From Deltaproteobacteria bacterium (lineage in GTDB: Bacteria; Myxococcota_A; Polyangia; Fen-1088), in NCBI GenBank assembly GCA_033763315.1, contig JANRKS010000040.1:224001-288000 (forward strand): 64,000 nt of DNA, written 5' to 3'. The translations under genes were made by a program, and so were the position numbers. This document shows, in pieces, positions 9,592-18,743 of the stretch. Under the pieces are notes generated by a model. It was given only the letters and a program-made list of their open reading frames with translations. It was not told where the DNA came from and did no database searches. Numbering within the stretch: position 1 is the stretch's first letter; every line of letters starts with the position of its first letter.

Positions 9592-10839
9592 TCACATCGC
9601 CGGCAGATTGAACTTGTCTGACCACGGTTTGAACATCTGAGGCACGTTCTGTCGCGGCACCTCGAACATCACCTGCAAGGCCACGCGACATCCTTTGCGC
9701 ACAAGGCCTCCACGGTGAATGAGACGCGATCCATCGAACACAATGCATTGGCCCGCGGGTGCCACCAAAGCCACTTCGTTGCGCTTGATCTCGTTTGCCA
9801 GCGGCGTCCCGGCAACAACGTCGAAGCCAAAATGCGAATTGAGCCGCCAAGCGGCCGGCAGAAGCCCAAAAAACTTGCGCGCCACCTGCGAAGTGAACAC
9901 GCCGCGCGCGGGATCGAGGTCGGTCATGGTGCTGCGGATCTCGGGCGCCGCGAGTGTTGTCAACGTGGCCCGCGACACCGTCCAGGCGAAGCGAGGTCGC
10001 TCCATCGCGTACGAAACCGGCACATACGAAAACGGCCCCAGATCCTCTGTGACGTCCCCTAAGTAGATGATGGCCTTATAAACGTCGCGGCTTTCGTCGT
10101 TGTGGTAATACGTCGCGGGACCGGGCTCGGTGAGGCCAACGTCCTTATAACGTGAGTGCCACCAAGGGTTGTCGTCGGGCGAGATCTCCACGGCGAAGCC
10201 CCAGGCCGCGGCAGGCTCGTGGCGTACGTTCGACACCGCGCGGTCAAGCCCACGCCGCGCAAAAAGCTCTTTGACGTAGTTCATCGAGCGCGGATCCAAC
10301 TGGTTCGTCGAAAGCGCCTCGCGGCCGCGTTGGCCCTGTTTGTAGCGCCGCTGCAGTTCGTCCACGTAGGGCTGCACCTGTACCTGCAGACCCGCGAGTT
10401 CATCGGTTGTGAGGGTGCAATGAATGAACCCGTTGACCGCCAGGCTATTCCGCAGCCCCATCTCGTGCGCGTCGTTGATCACGGGCACGTAACTGTTGCG
10501 CCGATCAAAGTACGCAAGATCATCGAACACAACCCTCAGAAGCTCGTGGTGAAACCGCTTCGCAAACGGCGAAAAATCGTTGTTCACAACTTGGTTCGCA
10601 GACACCAGCAGGTCAGTCACGAGGCCCAGGCCTTGGTTCACTTCACCGATCGCGTCCGTCAAGGACGTCTTCTTCAGCGTCAGATCGGATTCGGCACGCA
10701 ACAGCAGCTGGTTCATCACCTCGCTGGCCTGCGCCACGCGCGCATCGAACGTGGCGTTCCACTTGATGTGCGGCTTGAACGCCGGATGTTGCGCGTAATC
10801 GGGTTGAAACGGAAGGCTTGCGGCCTGCGGCTGATCCAT
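9592..10839 (-). CDS. PhyH-like Fe(II)/2-oxoglutarate dioxygenase
   Basis: YYHND (HxD), IIYLGDVTEDLGPFSYVP, AGQCIVFDGSRLIHRG (distal His). Start moved to the ATG at 10839, downstream of a sigma54 promoter. Confidence 0.7.
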   Translation of the reverse strand: MDQPQAASLPFQPDYAQHPAFKPHIKWNATFDARVAQASEVMNQLLLRAESDLTLKKTSLTDAIGEVNQGLGLVTDLLVSANQVVNNDFSPFAKRFHHELLRVVFDDLAYFDRRNSYVPVINDAHEMGLRNSLAVNGFIHCTLTTDELAGLQVQVQPYVDELQRRYKQGQRGREALSTNQLDPRSMNYVKELFARRGLDRAVSNVRHEPAAAWGFAVEISPDDNPWWHSRYKDVGLTEPGPATYYHNDESRDVYKAIIYLGDVTEDLGPFSYVPVSYAMERPRFAWTVSRATLTTLAAPEIRSTMTDLDPARGVFTSQVARKFFGLLPAAWRLNSHFGFDVVAGTPLANEIKRNEVALVAPAGQCIVFDGSRLIHRGGLVRKGCRVALQVMFEVPRQNVPQMFKPWSDKFNLPAM

Positions 10840-10857
10840 GGTGTGGGCCGGCTCTTC

Positions 10858-10873
10858 AGCAAAAGGGGTGCCA
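10858..10873 (-). promoter_or_regulatory. sigma54 promoter for the dioxygenase
   Basis: Minus strand reads TGGCAC-CCCTT-TTGCT. Confidence 0.78.
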
Positions 10874-10902
10874 CCCTGGCACGGGCCCAAGAAGCGTGCG
10901 GC

Positions 10903-10918
10903 CGTCACAGCCTTGACG
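10903..10918. promoter_or_regulatory. Putative bEBP UAS palindrome
   Basis: CGTCA-cagcct-TGACG, with the same arms as 4240-4255. Confidence 0.55.
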
Positions 10919-11008
10919 CACGCAGGCGGTTTGCCTCACCCGCGCCTCGCGTTTCGCCCGCTAGGGTCTCTGAAGAGGCCTGGGAGGAGCGGCCAGAGCG
11001 CCCACCGG

Positions 11009-11024
11009 CGACATAAATCTGACG
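11009..11024. promoter_or_regulatory. Putative bEBP UAS palindrome (one mismatch)
   Basis: CGACA-taaatc-TGACG. Confidence 0.5.
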
Positions 11025-11042
11025 AACCCTGCTTAACGCGCG

Positions 11043-11058
11043 CGGCATTGGATTTGCT
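11043..11058 (+). promoter_or_regulatory. sigma54 promoter for the methyltransferase/GT operon
   Basis: CGGCAT-TGGAT-TTGCT (GG-N10-GC). Confidence 0.65.
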
Positions 11059-11072
11059 GGATGAAGGCAACC

Positions 11073-11999
11073 ATGTCGCTCGAAGCGTTGGCAAACATCT
11101 TGGGAGGAGAAACGTTGCAGCTTGCCGACGTGGGGGCTTCCTATTTCCTCCCCGACACTTGGGCGTACCTGCTGCCGTTGCCCACGAGCCGATTTGTGTT
11201 GTTTGATCCCGTGGGCACGAACTTGGCTTACGCCTCGAAGCTGCCGCCTGAAAAGGTTCGAGTGGTGCCCACCGCGCTCTCGAAGGATGGCGGCGCCGCC
11301 GAGTTCTTCTTGGCGCACGTCGACTCCGGCAGCTCGTTGTTTCCACCTCACCCTTGGCCAAGCCGCCCCCCGCTGAACCACGATTACTTCTTTCCCTTGA
11401 AGGTGATCGACATCGAAACAAAGACGATGGGCGCGTGCTTGGATGAGCATGGCATCGAAGCCGTTGATGCCATCAAGCTTGACACGCAGGGGTCGGAGCT
11501 GGACATCGTCAAAGGTCTTGATCCCGCGCGGCTTGCGCGCGTGCTGTTGGTTGAGATGGAGGTGAGCATGGACTCTCACCCCACGCAATTGGGCTCCGTG
11601 AAACTACCCGAAGTGATCGCGTTCTTCGAGAGCCATGGCTTTCGCTACATCAACACACGCATCGCCCGACGGTCCCTGAAGGCGACGGGCTGCGAGGACA
11701 ACGGCGCCACCATCGCCGCTCAGCATGAGGCGGACGTGTTGTTTGTCAAAGACATCATGAACATGGAGCACCCAGACACAGCGTCGTTCCTCAAGACGCT
11801 GCGCCGCCTTTTAACCCTTCTGTGCGCGTACTACATGCATGGCGATGCGAAGGAGACGTTGCAGGTCGCAGCGTCGTTCCTGCCCGCCGCACGCCCCACC
11901 CTGGCGGCTTTCGAGAGTTGGATCAACCAAGTGGCGGACGTGCAAGCCGCTCACCTCAAGGCTGGTGGCCAATCTTTGTGGCACCGCGATCACACCTAA
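11073..11999 (+). CDS. FkbM-family SAM methyltransferase
   Basis: ADVGA, IKLDTQGSELDI, VEMEV. The ATG at 11073 is preferred over 11061 because of the promoter position. Confidence 0.85.
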   Translation: MSLEALANILGGETLQLADVGASYFLPDTWAYLLPLPTSRFVLFDPVGTNLAYASKLPPEKVRVVPTALSKDGGAAEFFLAHVDSGSSLFPPHPWPSRPPLNHDYFFPLKVIDIETKTMGACLDEHGIEAVDAIKLDTQGSELDIVKGLDPARLARVLLVEMEVSMDSHPTQLGSVKLPEVIAFFESHGFRYINTRIARRSLKATGCEDNGATIAAQHEADVLFVKDIMNMEHPDTASFLKTLRRLLTLLCAYYMHGDAKETLQVAASFLPAARPTLAAFESWINQVADVQAAHLKAGGQSLWHRDHT

Positions 12000-12005
12000 G
12001 GAACC

Positions 12006-14171
12006 ATGAACCAGCCCACATCGCAACCCACATTGCCCCGCGTCTTCGAGTCGCAACCGCCCGCCACCCAAGCCGCCATCATGGTGGCTCAAGCGCGATC
12101 GCTATTGGCATTTGGTGAACCGGGAGCCGCGGCTCGTCTGTTGTCAGGCTCGATGCATTTGGCGCCGCATTCTGTGGATTTGCTGCAAACGTTGGCCGAT
12201 TGCTTTTTGGCGCAAAGCGATCTTGCTTCCGTGAAAGACACCATGGAGTACGCGCGGCGCTTGCATCCCGACGATGTAGACATCGCCGCGCGCATCGCGC
12301 TGTCGGCTCTCGCAGGCTTGCCGGCGAATGAGCCAGCGGTTCAAGCGCCGCCGATTCAGGCTCAAGCGCACAAACCCACCTGCGTTTTCATCAACACCTA
12401 CTACCCCGCCTTTCTCGCGTCCTTCCGCGCACGTCAGCCAGGCTTGGCAAATGCGCCTTACGAAAAGCAGAAGGCAGACCTGCTTGGCACCTGCTTTGGT
12501 GACAGTGACTTCTATTCTTCGGGCCTGCGCAAAGCGGGCTGGATCGCAGACGAATTGGTGGTGAACGATGTGGACTTGGCCCAAGCATGGAGCCAAGCTC
12601 ATGGCTTCTCATTTACGCAACCGTTAGACGTCGCGGTGGAGCAGATCCGTCGCCTGCGTCCTGATGTTGTGTACCTGCAAGACCTGGGCATCGCCGACAC
12701 GGCTTTTGTGAGCCGCATTCGTCCCTACACGCAACTGATCGTGGGGCAGATTGCGTCGCCCATGCCACCGCAAACGGACTTGCGTGGCTTTGATCTAATC
12801 ATCACGTCTTTCCCCCACTTTGCAGATCGCTTGCGGCAAGCGGGCGTCACCGCGTATTACCAGCCGCTGGCCTTCTCACGTAAGGTCCTCGATCGTGCAA
12901 AGCCAGGCGCGCGGACGCGGCCGTTGACCTTCGTGGGAGGACTGTCGCCACAGCATCCGGCAGGCACCGAGCTGCTTAACAGGTTGGCGCAATCCACCAA
13001 CATTGAAATCTGGGGTTACGGCGCGGCGGCACTGCCACCCGACTCGGCCATTCGCGCCCGCCACCGCGGCGAAGCGTGGGGGGAGGATATGTTCCGCCTG
13101 CTGGCCGAATCACAAATCACCGTGAACCGGCATATCGCGGTGGCTGAGAACCACGCCAATAACATGCGCTTGTTTGAAGCCACGGGCTGCGGGGCTCTGC
13201 TGATCACTGATTACAAGGACAACCTGCAGGACCTGTTTGACATCGGAAAAGAAGTGGTGGCCTACCGCTCGCCACAAGAATGCGAGGCTTTGATTCAGTA
13301 TTACCAAGCGCACCCCGCGGAGGCGGAACAGATCGCAAAAGCCGGCCAAGCGCGCACCTGGCGAGACCACAGCTACGACGCGCGTCTGCAGGACACAGCG
13401 GCGATTCTGGAGCGTCACCTTCGCCACAAGCGTGAGGTGGATGCGTTTGCGGCCGTGGATCTCGGTGCCGTATCCACCGCCTATAGGGCCATGGACGCGG
13501 CCCACGTGACGCCAGCACTGATAGACGCGTGGAAAAACGAACAATTGCCACAACGACAGCGAGCCCTGGTGCACCGCGAGCTTGGCGAAATGTATAAAGG
13601 GCGGGATGTTGTGCCCTTCAAGGTTCTGGCCGACGCCCTCAATCCCGAGCTCGGTCGCATGCCTGCCGGCACCAAATCCCTATTAGAGATTGGTTGCGCC
13701 AGTGGGTACTACTTTGAAGTGCTGCGCTTTTTGTGCAAACAACCCATCGCCTATACAGGCGTCGACTATTCGCCGGCGATGATAGCGATGGCGAAGGACT
13801 ATTACCCGCAGGCGACGTTCAGTGTGGAAGATGGCGCCAAGCTGCCGTTTGCAGACCGCAGTTTTGACGTGGTTGTGTCGTCCTGCGTTTTGCTCCACGT
13901 GCCAAACTATCGTGAGCACATCCAAGAGACGGCGCGTGTGGCGCGCGACCTCGTGGTGGTGCACCGAACGCCGGTGTCGCGACGCCAACCGACCAAGCAC
14001 CTGCACAAGCAGGGCTATGGGGTGGATATGGTGGAGCTGCAGTTCAACGAGACTGAGCTAAACCAACTGTGGAACGCCGCGGGATTTACGCTGGTTTCAG
14101 GCATTCAGTACCACGCCGATGAAGCGGCTGACGAGTATGGCGTGACTTACGTCTACAAAAAGGTGGCGTGA
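12006..14171 (+). CDS. TPR + CgeB-like GT-B glycosyltransferase + class I SAM methyltransferase fusion
   Basis: TPR-like N-terminus. NNMRLFEATGCGALLITD (CgeB/Glyco_trans_1_2). LLEIGCASG...GVDYS...LPFADRSFDVV. Confidence 0.85.
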   Translation: MNQPTSQPTLPRVFESQPPATQAAIMVAQARSLLAFGEPGAAARLLSGSMHLAPHSVDLLQTLADCFLAQSDLASVKDTMEYARRLHPDDVDIAARIALSALAGLPANEPAVQAPPIQAQAHKPTCVFINTYYPAFLASFRARQPGLANAPYEKQKADLLGTCFGDSDFYSSGLRKAGWIADELVVNDVDLAQAWSQAHGFSFTQPLDVAVEQIRRLRPDVVYLQDLGIADTAFVSRIRPYTQLIVGQIASPMPPQTDLRGFDLIITSFPHFADRLRQAGVTAYYQPLAFSRKVLDRAKPGARTRPLTFVGGLSPQHPAGTELLNRLAQSTNIEIWGYGAAALPPDSAIRARHRGEAWGEDMFRLLAESQITVNRHIAVAENHANNMRLFEATGCGALLITDYKDNLQDLFDIGKEVVAYRSPQECEALIQYYQAHPAEAEQIAKAGQARTWRDHSYDARLQDTAAILERHLRHKREVDAFAAVDLGAVSTAYRAMDAAHVTPALIDAWKNEQLPQRQRALVHRELGEMYKGRDVVPFKVLADALNPELGRMPAGTKSLLEIGCASGYYFEVLRFLCKQPIAYTGVDYSPAMIAMAKDYYPQATFSVEDGAKLPFADRSFDVVVSSCVLLHVPNYREHIQETARVARDLVVVHRTPVSRRQPTKHLHKQGYGVDMVELQFNETELNQLWNAAGFTLVSGIQYHADEAADEYGVTYVYKKVA

Positions 14172-15922
14172 TGGAAACCCGGCGAAGCTATTGTACGCAG
14201 TCGGACAGCAATTACCTCACGCGGGGCATTGCGCTGTGCGAATCGATGCAGCGCCATGAGAAACACCCGTACGTTATCTATTACGTATGCCTCGACGAAA
14301 TCACCCGCACAGTGCTTGAAGCGTTGCGGTTGCCCAATGTGATCCCCGTGCCTTTGCACGACGTGGAGCGTGGCAATGAGCCGCTGCGGGTGGCGCGCGG
14401 CAATCGCTCTCTGGTTGAATACTATTGGACGCTGACGGCCACCATCTTGGATTGGGTGATGGAGCAGCACCCCCAGATCCACACCCTCACTTACCTCGAC
14501 GCGGATCTATACTTCTATTCCTCTCCGGATCCGGTTTTTGAGGAGCTCAAGCAGGGATCCGTCGCCATCCATGAGCACCGGTTCTCGCCCGAACTCGCAC
14601 ACTTGGCGGTTGAGAACGGGCGCTTCAACGTGGGCCTTATGAGTTTTCGGCGCGACAGCAACGGCATGGCGGCGTTGCGCTGGTGGCGCGATCGCTGCCT
14701 TGAGTGGTGCTATGCCAAGCCCGAAGATGGCAAGCTAGGCGATCAAAAGTATCTGGAACAATTCCAAACACGTTTTAGTGGCGTGGTGGTGCTGCAACAC
14801 CTGGGCATCGCGTTGGCGCCCTGGAACCAATCGCAGTTCACGATTCAAAGCTCCCCGGGCACCACGCCCACAATCAACGGCCAGCCGCTGGTGTTTTTTC
14901 ACTTTCACGCCTTGGCCGTGCCAGATCCCGATGTGGTGATCGCAGCCAAACACGCCTATGTGGTGGGTGAGTCAGTGGTGCGCGCGTGTTACGTCCCCTA
15001 CTGTGAGGCGCTCGATCGGGCCGCCGCACGCATCAGGGGCGTTGCACCCAGCTCTTCTTTCGGCATGCACGAACCGGTGCCCGTCCGCGCTGAACACGCC
15101 CTGATCGTGAAGCAAGGCGCGCTCGGCGCCAAGCCGGGACTGGCGCCCATTGCCACGCAACGACGGCGGGTATCCATGGGTGCGTGGGACGCCTATTTCC
15201 CTGATCCCGCCGCACGACCGGTGCACACCGAACAGGCTCATGACACCCAAGGCAGCGGCGACGAGTTGCTGCTGTCTTTGCATGGCTTGCTGATCACGCG
15301 CAAGGTTGAGACATTGGTGTTCGCGGGGGCACATCTGTTTCAAGAAGCCTCGTTGCTGTTCACGTTGCTGCCGAAGCTCAAACGGGTTTACCTGTTTGAG
15401 CCGCTGCCTCAGCTCTTCGCCAAGCTCAAGCAATGGGAAGTGCGCGATCCGCGCGTGCGGGTGTTTCCTTATGCGCTCAGCGACGGCGACGGGCAGGCCA
15501 CCTTTCACGTCACCAACAACGACGCGCAATCCAGCTCGCTGCTGCCGTTGGCGAAGCACACGGAGATCTTCCCCGAAGTGGTTGAAGTGGAGAAGATCAC
15601 CGTGGAGCGAAAAACACTGGCCAGTGTGATGGCTTTTCATGATCTTGCGCCGCCAGATATGCTGTTTATCGACACGCAGGGCGCCGAGTACCAAATCCTG
15701 TCGTCGTTGTCTCAAGATCTCTTGCGTGGGGTGTCCCTCATCTACACGGAGGTGAGCACGGAAGAGCTCTATGCCGGAGGCCGCACCTTGGATGACATCA
15801 AAGCCTTGCTGGCACCCGAATTCGTGTTCGTGGCGTTTGCGCCGTTGTTTCCTCACACCCCTACGCACGGAAACGCGCTGTTTGTGAATCAAAATGCGAC
15901 GTGGCTGCTCAAGCAGGGCTAA
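14168..15922 (+). CDS. GT-A glycosyltransferase + FkbM methyltransferase fusion
   Basis: YLDADLYF, GDQKYLE, APWN in the N-half. FAGAH, FEPLP, IDTQGAEYQIL, IYTEVS in the C-half. Confidence 0.82.
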   Translation: MMETRRSYCTQSDSNYLTRGIALCESMQRHEKHPYVIYYVCLDEITRTVLEALRLPNVIPVPLHDVERGNEPLRVARGNRSLVEYYWTLTATILDWVMEQHPQIHTLTYLDADLYFYSSPDPVFEELKQGSVAIHEHRFSPELAHLAVENGRFNVGLMSFRRDSNGMAALRWWRDRCLEWCYAKPEDGKLGDQKYLEQFQTRFSGVVVLQHLGIALAPWNQSQFTIQSSPGTTPTINGQPLVFFHFHALAVPDPDVVIAAKHAYVVGESVVRACYVPYCEALDRAAARIRGVAPSSSFGMHEPVPVRAEHALIVKQGALGAKPGLAPIATQRRRVSMGAWDAYFPDPAARPVHTEQAHDTQGSGDELLLSLHGLLITRKVETLVFAGAHLFQEASLLFTLLPKLKRVYLFEPLPQLFAKLKQWEVRDPRVRVFPYALSDGDGQATFHVTNNDAQSSSLLPLAKHTEIFPEVVEVEKITVERKTLASVMAFHDLAPPDMLFIDTQGAEYQILSSLSQDLLRGVSLIYTEVSTEELYAGGRTLDDIKALLAPEFVFVAFAPLFPHTPTHGNALFVNQNATWLLKQG

Positions 15923-17679
15923 GGGCTGTTGGCAAACGCATAGAGGCGCACAAACAGCCCCGTCAAACTTGTGGGCACTCGCTCTCCGTGCCACGTTTGC
16001 AGGAGTCGACGCATATGCGTTTTGATGAGCGCCAGCTCCTCGGCTTCCGTGGTCAAACGAAACGCCTCAGGATCCAGCAAAGGCAGCAACGAATCTGCCC
16101 CCTGCTCCACCACATCACTCAACAGATCGGCCTGCCGCAGCCGATCGGCGCGCTGGTATACATCAAGCCGAGCCTCGGCCGCGTGAGCGATGCTGCTTAA
16201 CTTGTGGCGACCGTAAACGCCAATCGGTGTGTGTTGCGGCAAGGGATAGCTTTGCCGCAAATCGAATAAGGACCGGTGATGGTCAAAGGCGTACCACCGA
16301 AACGCCTGCACGATCCGTTCGGCCCGCCAGCCGTCCGCCAGCGCGCTTTCAATCGCAGCAAAATAGTGTTCGCGGCTTTCGTCACCCACATAGTTGAGCT
16401 CCGGCGGATAGAACACCAGCTCCTTGGAATAGATGACCGCAGGAATCCCGAGCAGCGCCATCTCCTTGCCCGCGCTTGACCAGGCATTAAGAAAGACGTC
16501 CGTGATCTCTGCCAGATCGAAGATCGAAATCTCGTCTGTGGGCCAGTTAACCCGTACGTTGGCGGGAAGCGTGGCGAAGAGCTGTTTTAGCTTCGCAGCG
16601 TGCTGCGAAACGTTGCCGCGAAACTCACGCGGGTGCACCCGAATGATGAAGAACAAGTCGGGACGATCGGCGACGTATTCGATCACCGCTTGCACCCAAT
16701 CAGCTTGACGGTCAAAGAGCAACCGGCCTGAATAATCAGGCAGGGCATGCACAGCCTCGGCCGCAAACCGTTCATCGTAGCTGCTCATCGTTGCAACCAA
16801 CACGCTGGCGCCGCCCGGCACGCCGAAGCGTTCGCGCAGATCGCCCACATCTTTATTGCGCGCCGATGAATACGCCCAATGACCAATGCCTTGGATCAAG
16901 GTTAGGAAGTGATCCACCGTCTGCGAGATCTCATCGCCCCCCGCGGGAATGCCACTCCACCGGGGCCAGTCGGCAATCTGCTGGGCAAAAAAGTCAAACG
17001 TGTATCGGCGCGTGAGGAAGATGTATTGAATTCGATGCGCAAGATTGGCGCCGGCGTGCAGCGAATAGCAAGGAATGCCTTGCGATTCCACGTAGTGAAG
17101 GAAGATCTGGTTTACGGGGTAAAGCGCGTTGTAAATGATTACGCGCTCGGGCTTTTCCTGTGCCACCAGCTTCTTGGCCGCCGCCAAACCAAGCAGCGTG
17201 TTGAACAGCTCGATGCGGTAGATCGCCATCTCTTCGGCACTGAAATGCAGATCAATACGCTTCGTATCAAGCAGCAGTACATAAAGCGCCGTGCGACCCA
17301 CGGGCATGCCGTCAACGAAGTAATTCTCAACGCCCTCTTTCGGGCACGCTTCGAGCATCTCGTTGGCCCAGGTGACGTCGGCCTCGGTGATGACATCCGA
17401 GAGCCGGCAGCCCGGCAACGCCATATTTGTGCGCAGCAGTTCGCCTTGAAAATGGCAAAGCGCGCACACCCGCGATCGCACCTCAAGCGAACTGCCGTGC
17501 GGCGCGCTGTTGGCGTCCATGGCCTCGCAGTGGTTTTTCAACACCTCGCCGCACGTGACGTAACAAACGTCATGCCCCGACTTCATCAGAGATTCAGCGA
17601 GCACAGCTTCGGGAAACGCATGCACCCAAATCGCTGCGCGCGGGCTTAAAAACAGCACCTTTTTCTTACTTGTGCTCAC
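15919..17679 (-). CDS. Capsule-synthesis (KpsS-like) GT-B protein, candidate nonulosonic-acid transferase
   Basis: IRVHPRE (HP motif) and SSAGKE. GTG start 9 bp after the pseI stop. N-terminal Cys cluster. Confidence 0.6.
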   Translation of the reverse strand: MSTSKKKVLFLSPRAAIWVHAFPEAVLAESLMKSGHDVCYVTCGEVLKNHCEAMDANSAPHGSSLEVRSRVCALCHFQGELLRTNMALPGCRLSDVITEADVTWANEMLEACPKEGVENYFVDGMPVGRTALYVLLLDTKRIDLHFSAEEMAIYRIELFNTLLGLAAAKKLVAQEKPERVIIYNALYPVNQIFLHYVESQGIPCYSLHAGANLAHRIQYIFLTRRYTFDFFAQQIADWPRWSGIPAGGDEISQTVDHFLTLIQGIGHWAYSSARNKDVGDLRERFGVPGGASVLVATMSSYDERFAAEAVHALPDYSGRLLFDRQADWVQAVIEYVADRPDLFFIIRVHPREFRGNVSQHAAKLKQLFATLPANVRVNWPTDEISIFDLAEITDVFLNAWSSAGKEMALLGIPAVIYSKELVFYPPELNYVGDESREHYFAAIESALADGWRAERIVQAFRWYAFDHHRSLFDLRQSYPLPQHTPIGVYGRHKLSSIAHAAEARLDVYQRADRLRQADLLSDVVEQGADSLLPLLDPEAFRLTTEAEELALIKTHMRRLLQTWHGERVPTSLTGLFVRLYAFANSP

Positions 17680-17687
17680 GGCGGTTC

Positions 17688-18743
17688 CTATTCCAGCATA
17701 TCCCAAGTCAATGCCGTGCCCCGCTTTAGCGCCCGCTTGAGCTTCCGCCCCAGCACCTGCTCGAAGTGTTTGGGGGCCATGGCGAACCCCGGACGAATGA
17801 CACGCAAGTTCTGGCGCGTGAGCGGCTCACCCGCGGCCACGTCAGCAACAACATAAAGCGACCGCCGAAACACGCGCGATCCCGCTTCGGCCTTCAATGT
17901 GCCGTACCTCACCTCACCCAACGCCTGCCAGGCACGTTCGGTTTCCACCACCAACGACGCCATTTCAGCAGGCTCAAGCGAAAACGTGGAATCCACCCCG
18001 CCATCGCGCCTCGCCAGCGTGAAGTGCTTCTCCACCACGGTGGCCCCCAGCGCCACCGCCGCCACCGCCGCGCCCACACCCATGGTGTGATCCGAAAGAC
18101 CCACTTCCACATCGAACAACTGGCGCAAATGAGGAATCGTTCGCAGGTGCGAGTTCAGCGGTGTTGCTGGATAGGTGCTCGTGCATTTGAGCAAAATAAG
18201 GTCCCGGCAACCGCCCGCGCGAGCCGTGGTCACCATCTCTTCAAGTTCGGCCAAACTGGCCATGCCGGTGGAGATGATCATCGGCTTGCCCGTGCCAGCC
18301 ACCTTGCGGATCAAAGGCAGATCGGTGTTCTCGAACGAGGCAATCTTGTAGCAAGGCACCGCAAGCGATTCCAAGAAATCAACCGCCGTTTCGTCGAACG
18401 GGGTGGAGAAACACAGCATGTTGCGTTCAGCGGCCCGCGCAAAAAGTGCCGCGTGCCAATCCCATGGCGTGTGTGCTTCTTGGTAAAGCTCGTACAGGGA
18501 GCGCCCCGCCCACAGACTCTTCGGATCGTTGATGCGAAAATCGCCCTCATCAAGATCTATGGTCATCGTATCGGCGGTGTACGTTTGCAGCTTGATCGCA
18601 TGGGCACCCGCGTCGGCCGCGGCGTCTACGATGGCCAACGCCCGCTCAAGCGATTGGTTGTGGTTGCCCGACATTTCAGCGATCACAAACGGCGCGTGAG
18701 CGAGGCCCACGGCGCGCGACCCGATGTGCAAGGTTTTGCTCAT
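17688..18743 (-). CDS. pseI: Pseudaminic acid synthase
   Basis: IAEMSGNHN, KLQTYTADT, KIASFE, GLSDHT, EKHFTL, C-terminal RRSLY/SAF domain. ATGA overlap at 18740-18743. Confidence 0.92.
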   Translation of the reverse strand: MSKTLHIGSRAVGLAHAPFVIAEMSGNHNQSLERALAIVDAAADAGAHAIKLQTYTADTMTIDLDEGDFRINDPKSLWAGRSLYELYQEAHTPWDWHAALFARAAERNMLCFSTPFDETAVDFLESLAVPCYKIASFENTDLPLIRKVAGTGKPMIISTGMASLAELEEMVTTARAGGCRDLILLKCTSTYPATPLNSHLRTIPHLRQLFDVEVGLSDHTMGVGAAVAAVALGATVVEKHFTLARRDGGVDSTFSLEPAEMASLVVETERAWQALGEVRYGTLKAEAGSRVFRRSLYVVADVAAGEPLTRQNLRVIRPGFAMAPKHFEQVLGRKLKRALKRGTALTWDMLE

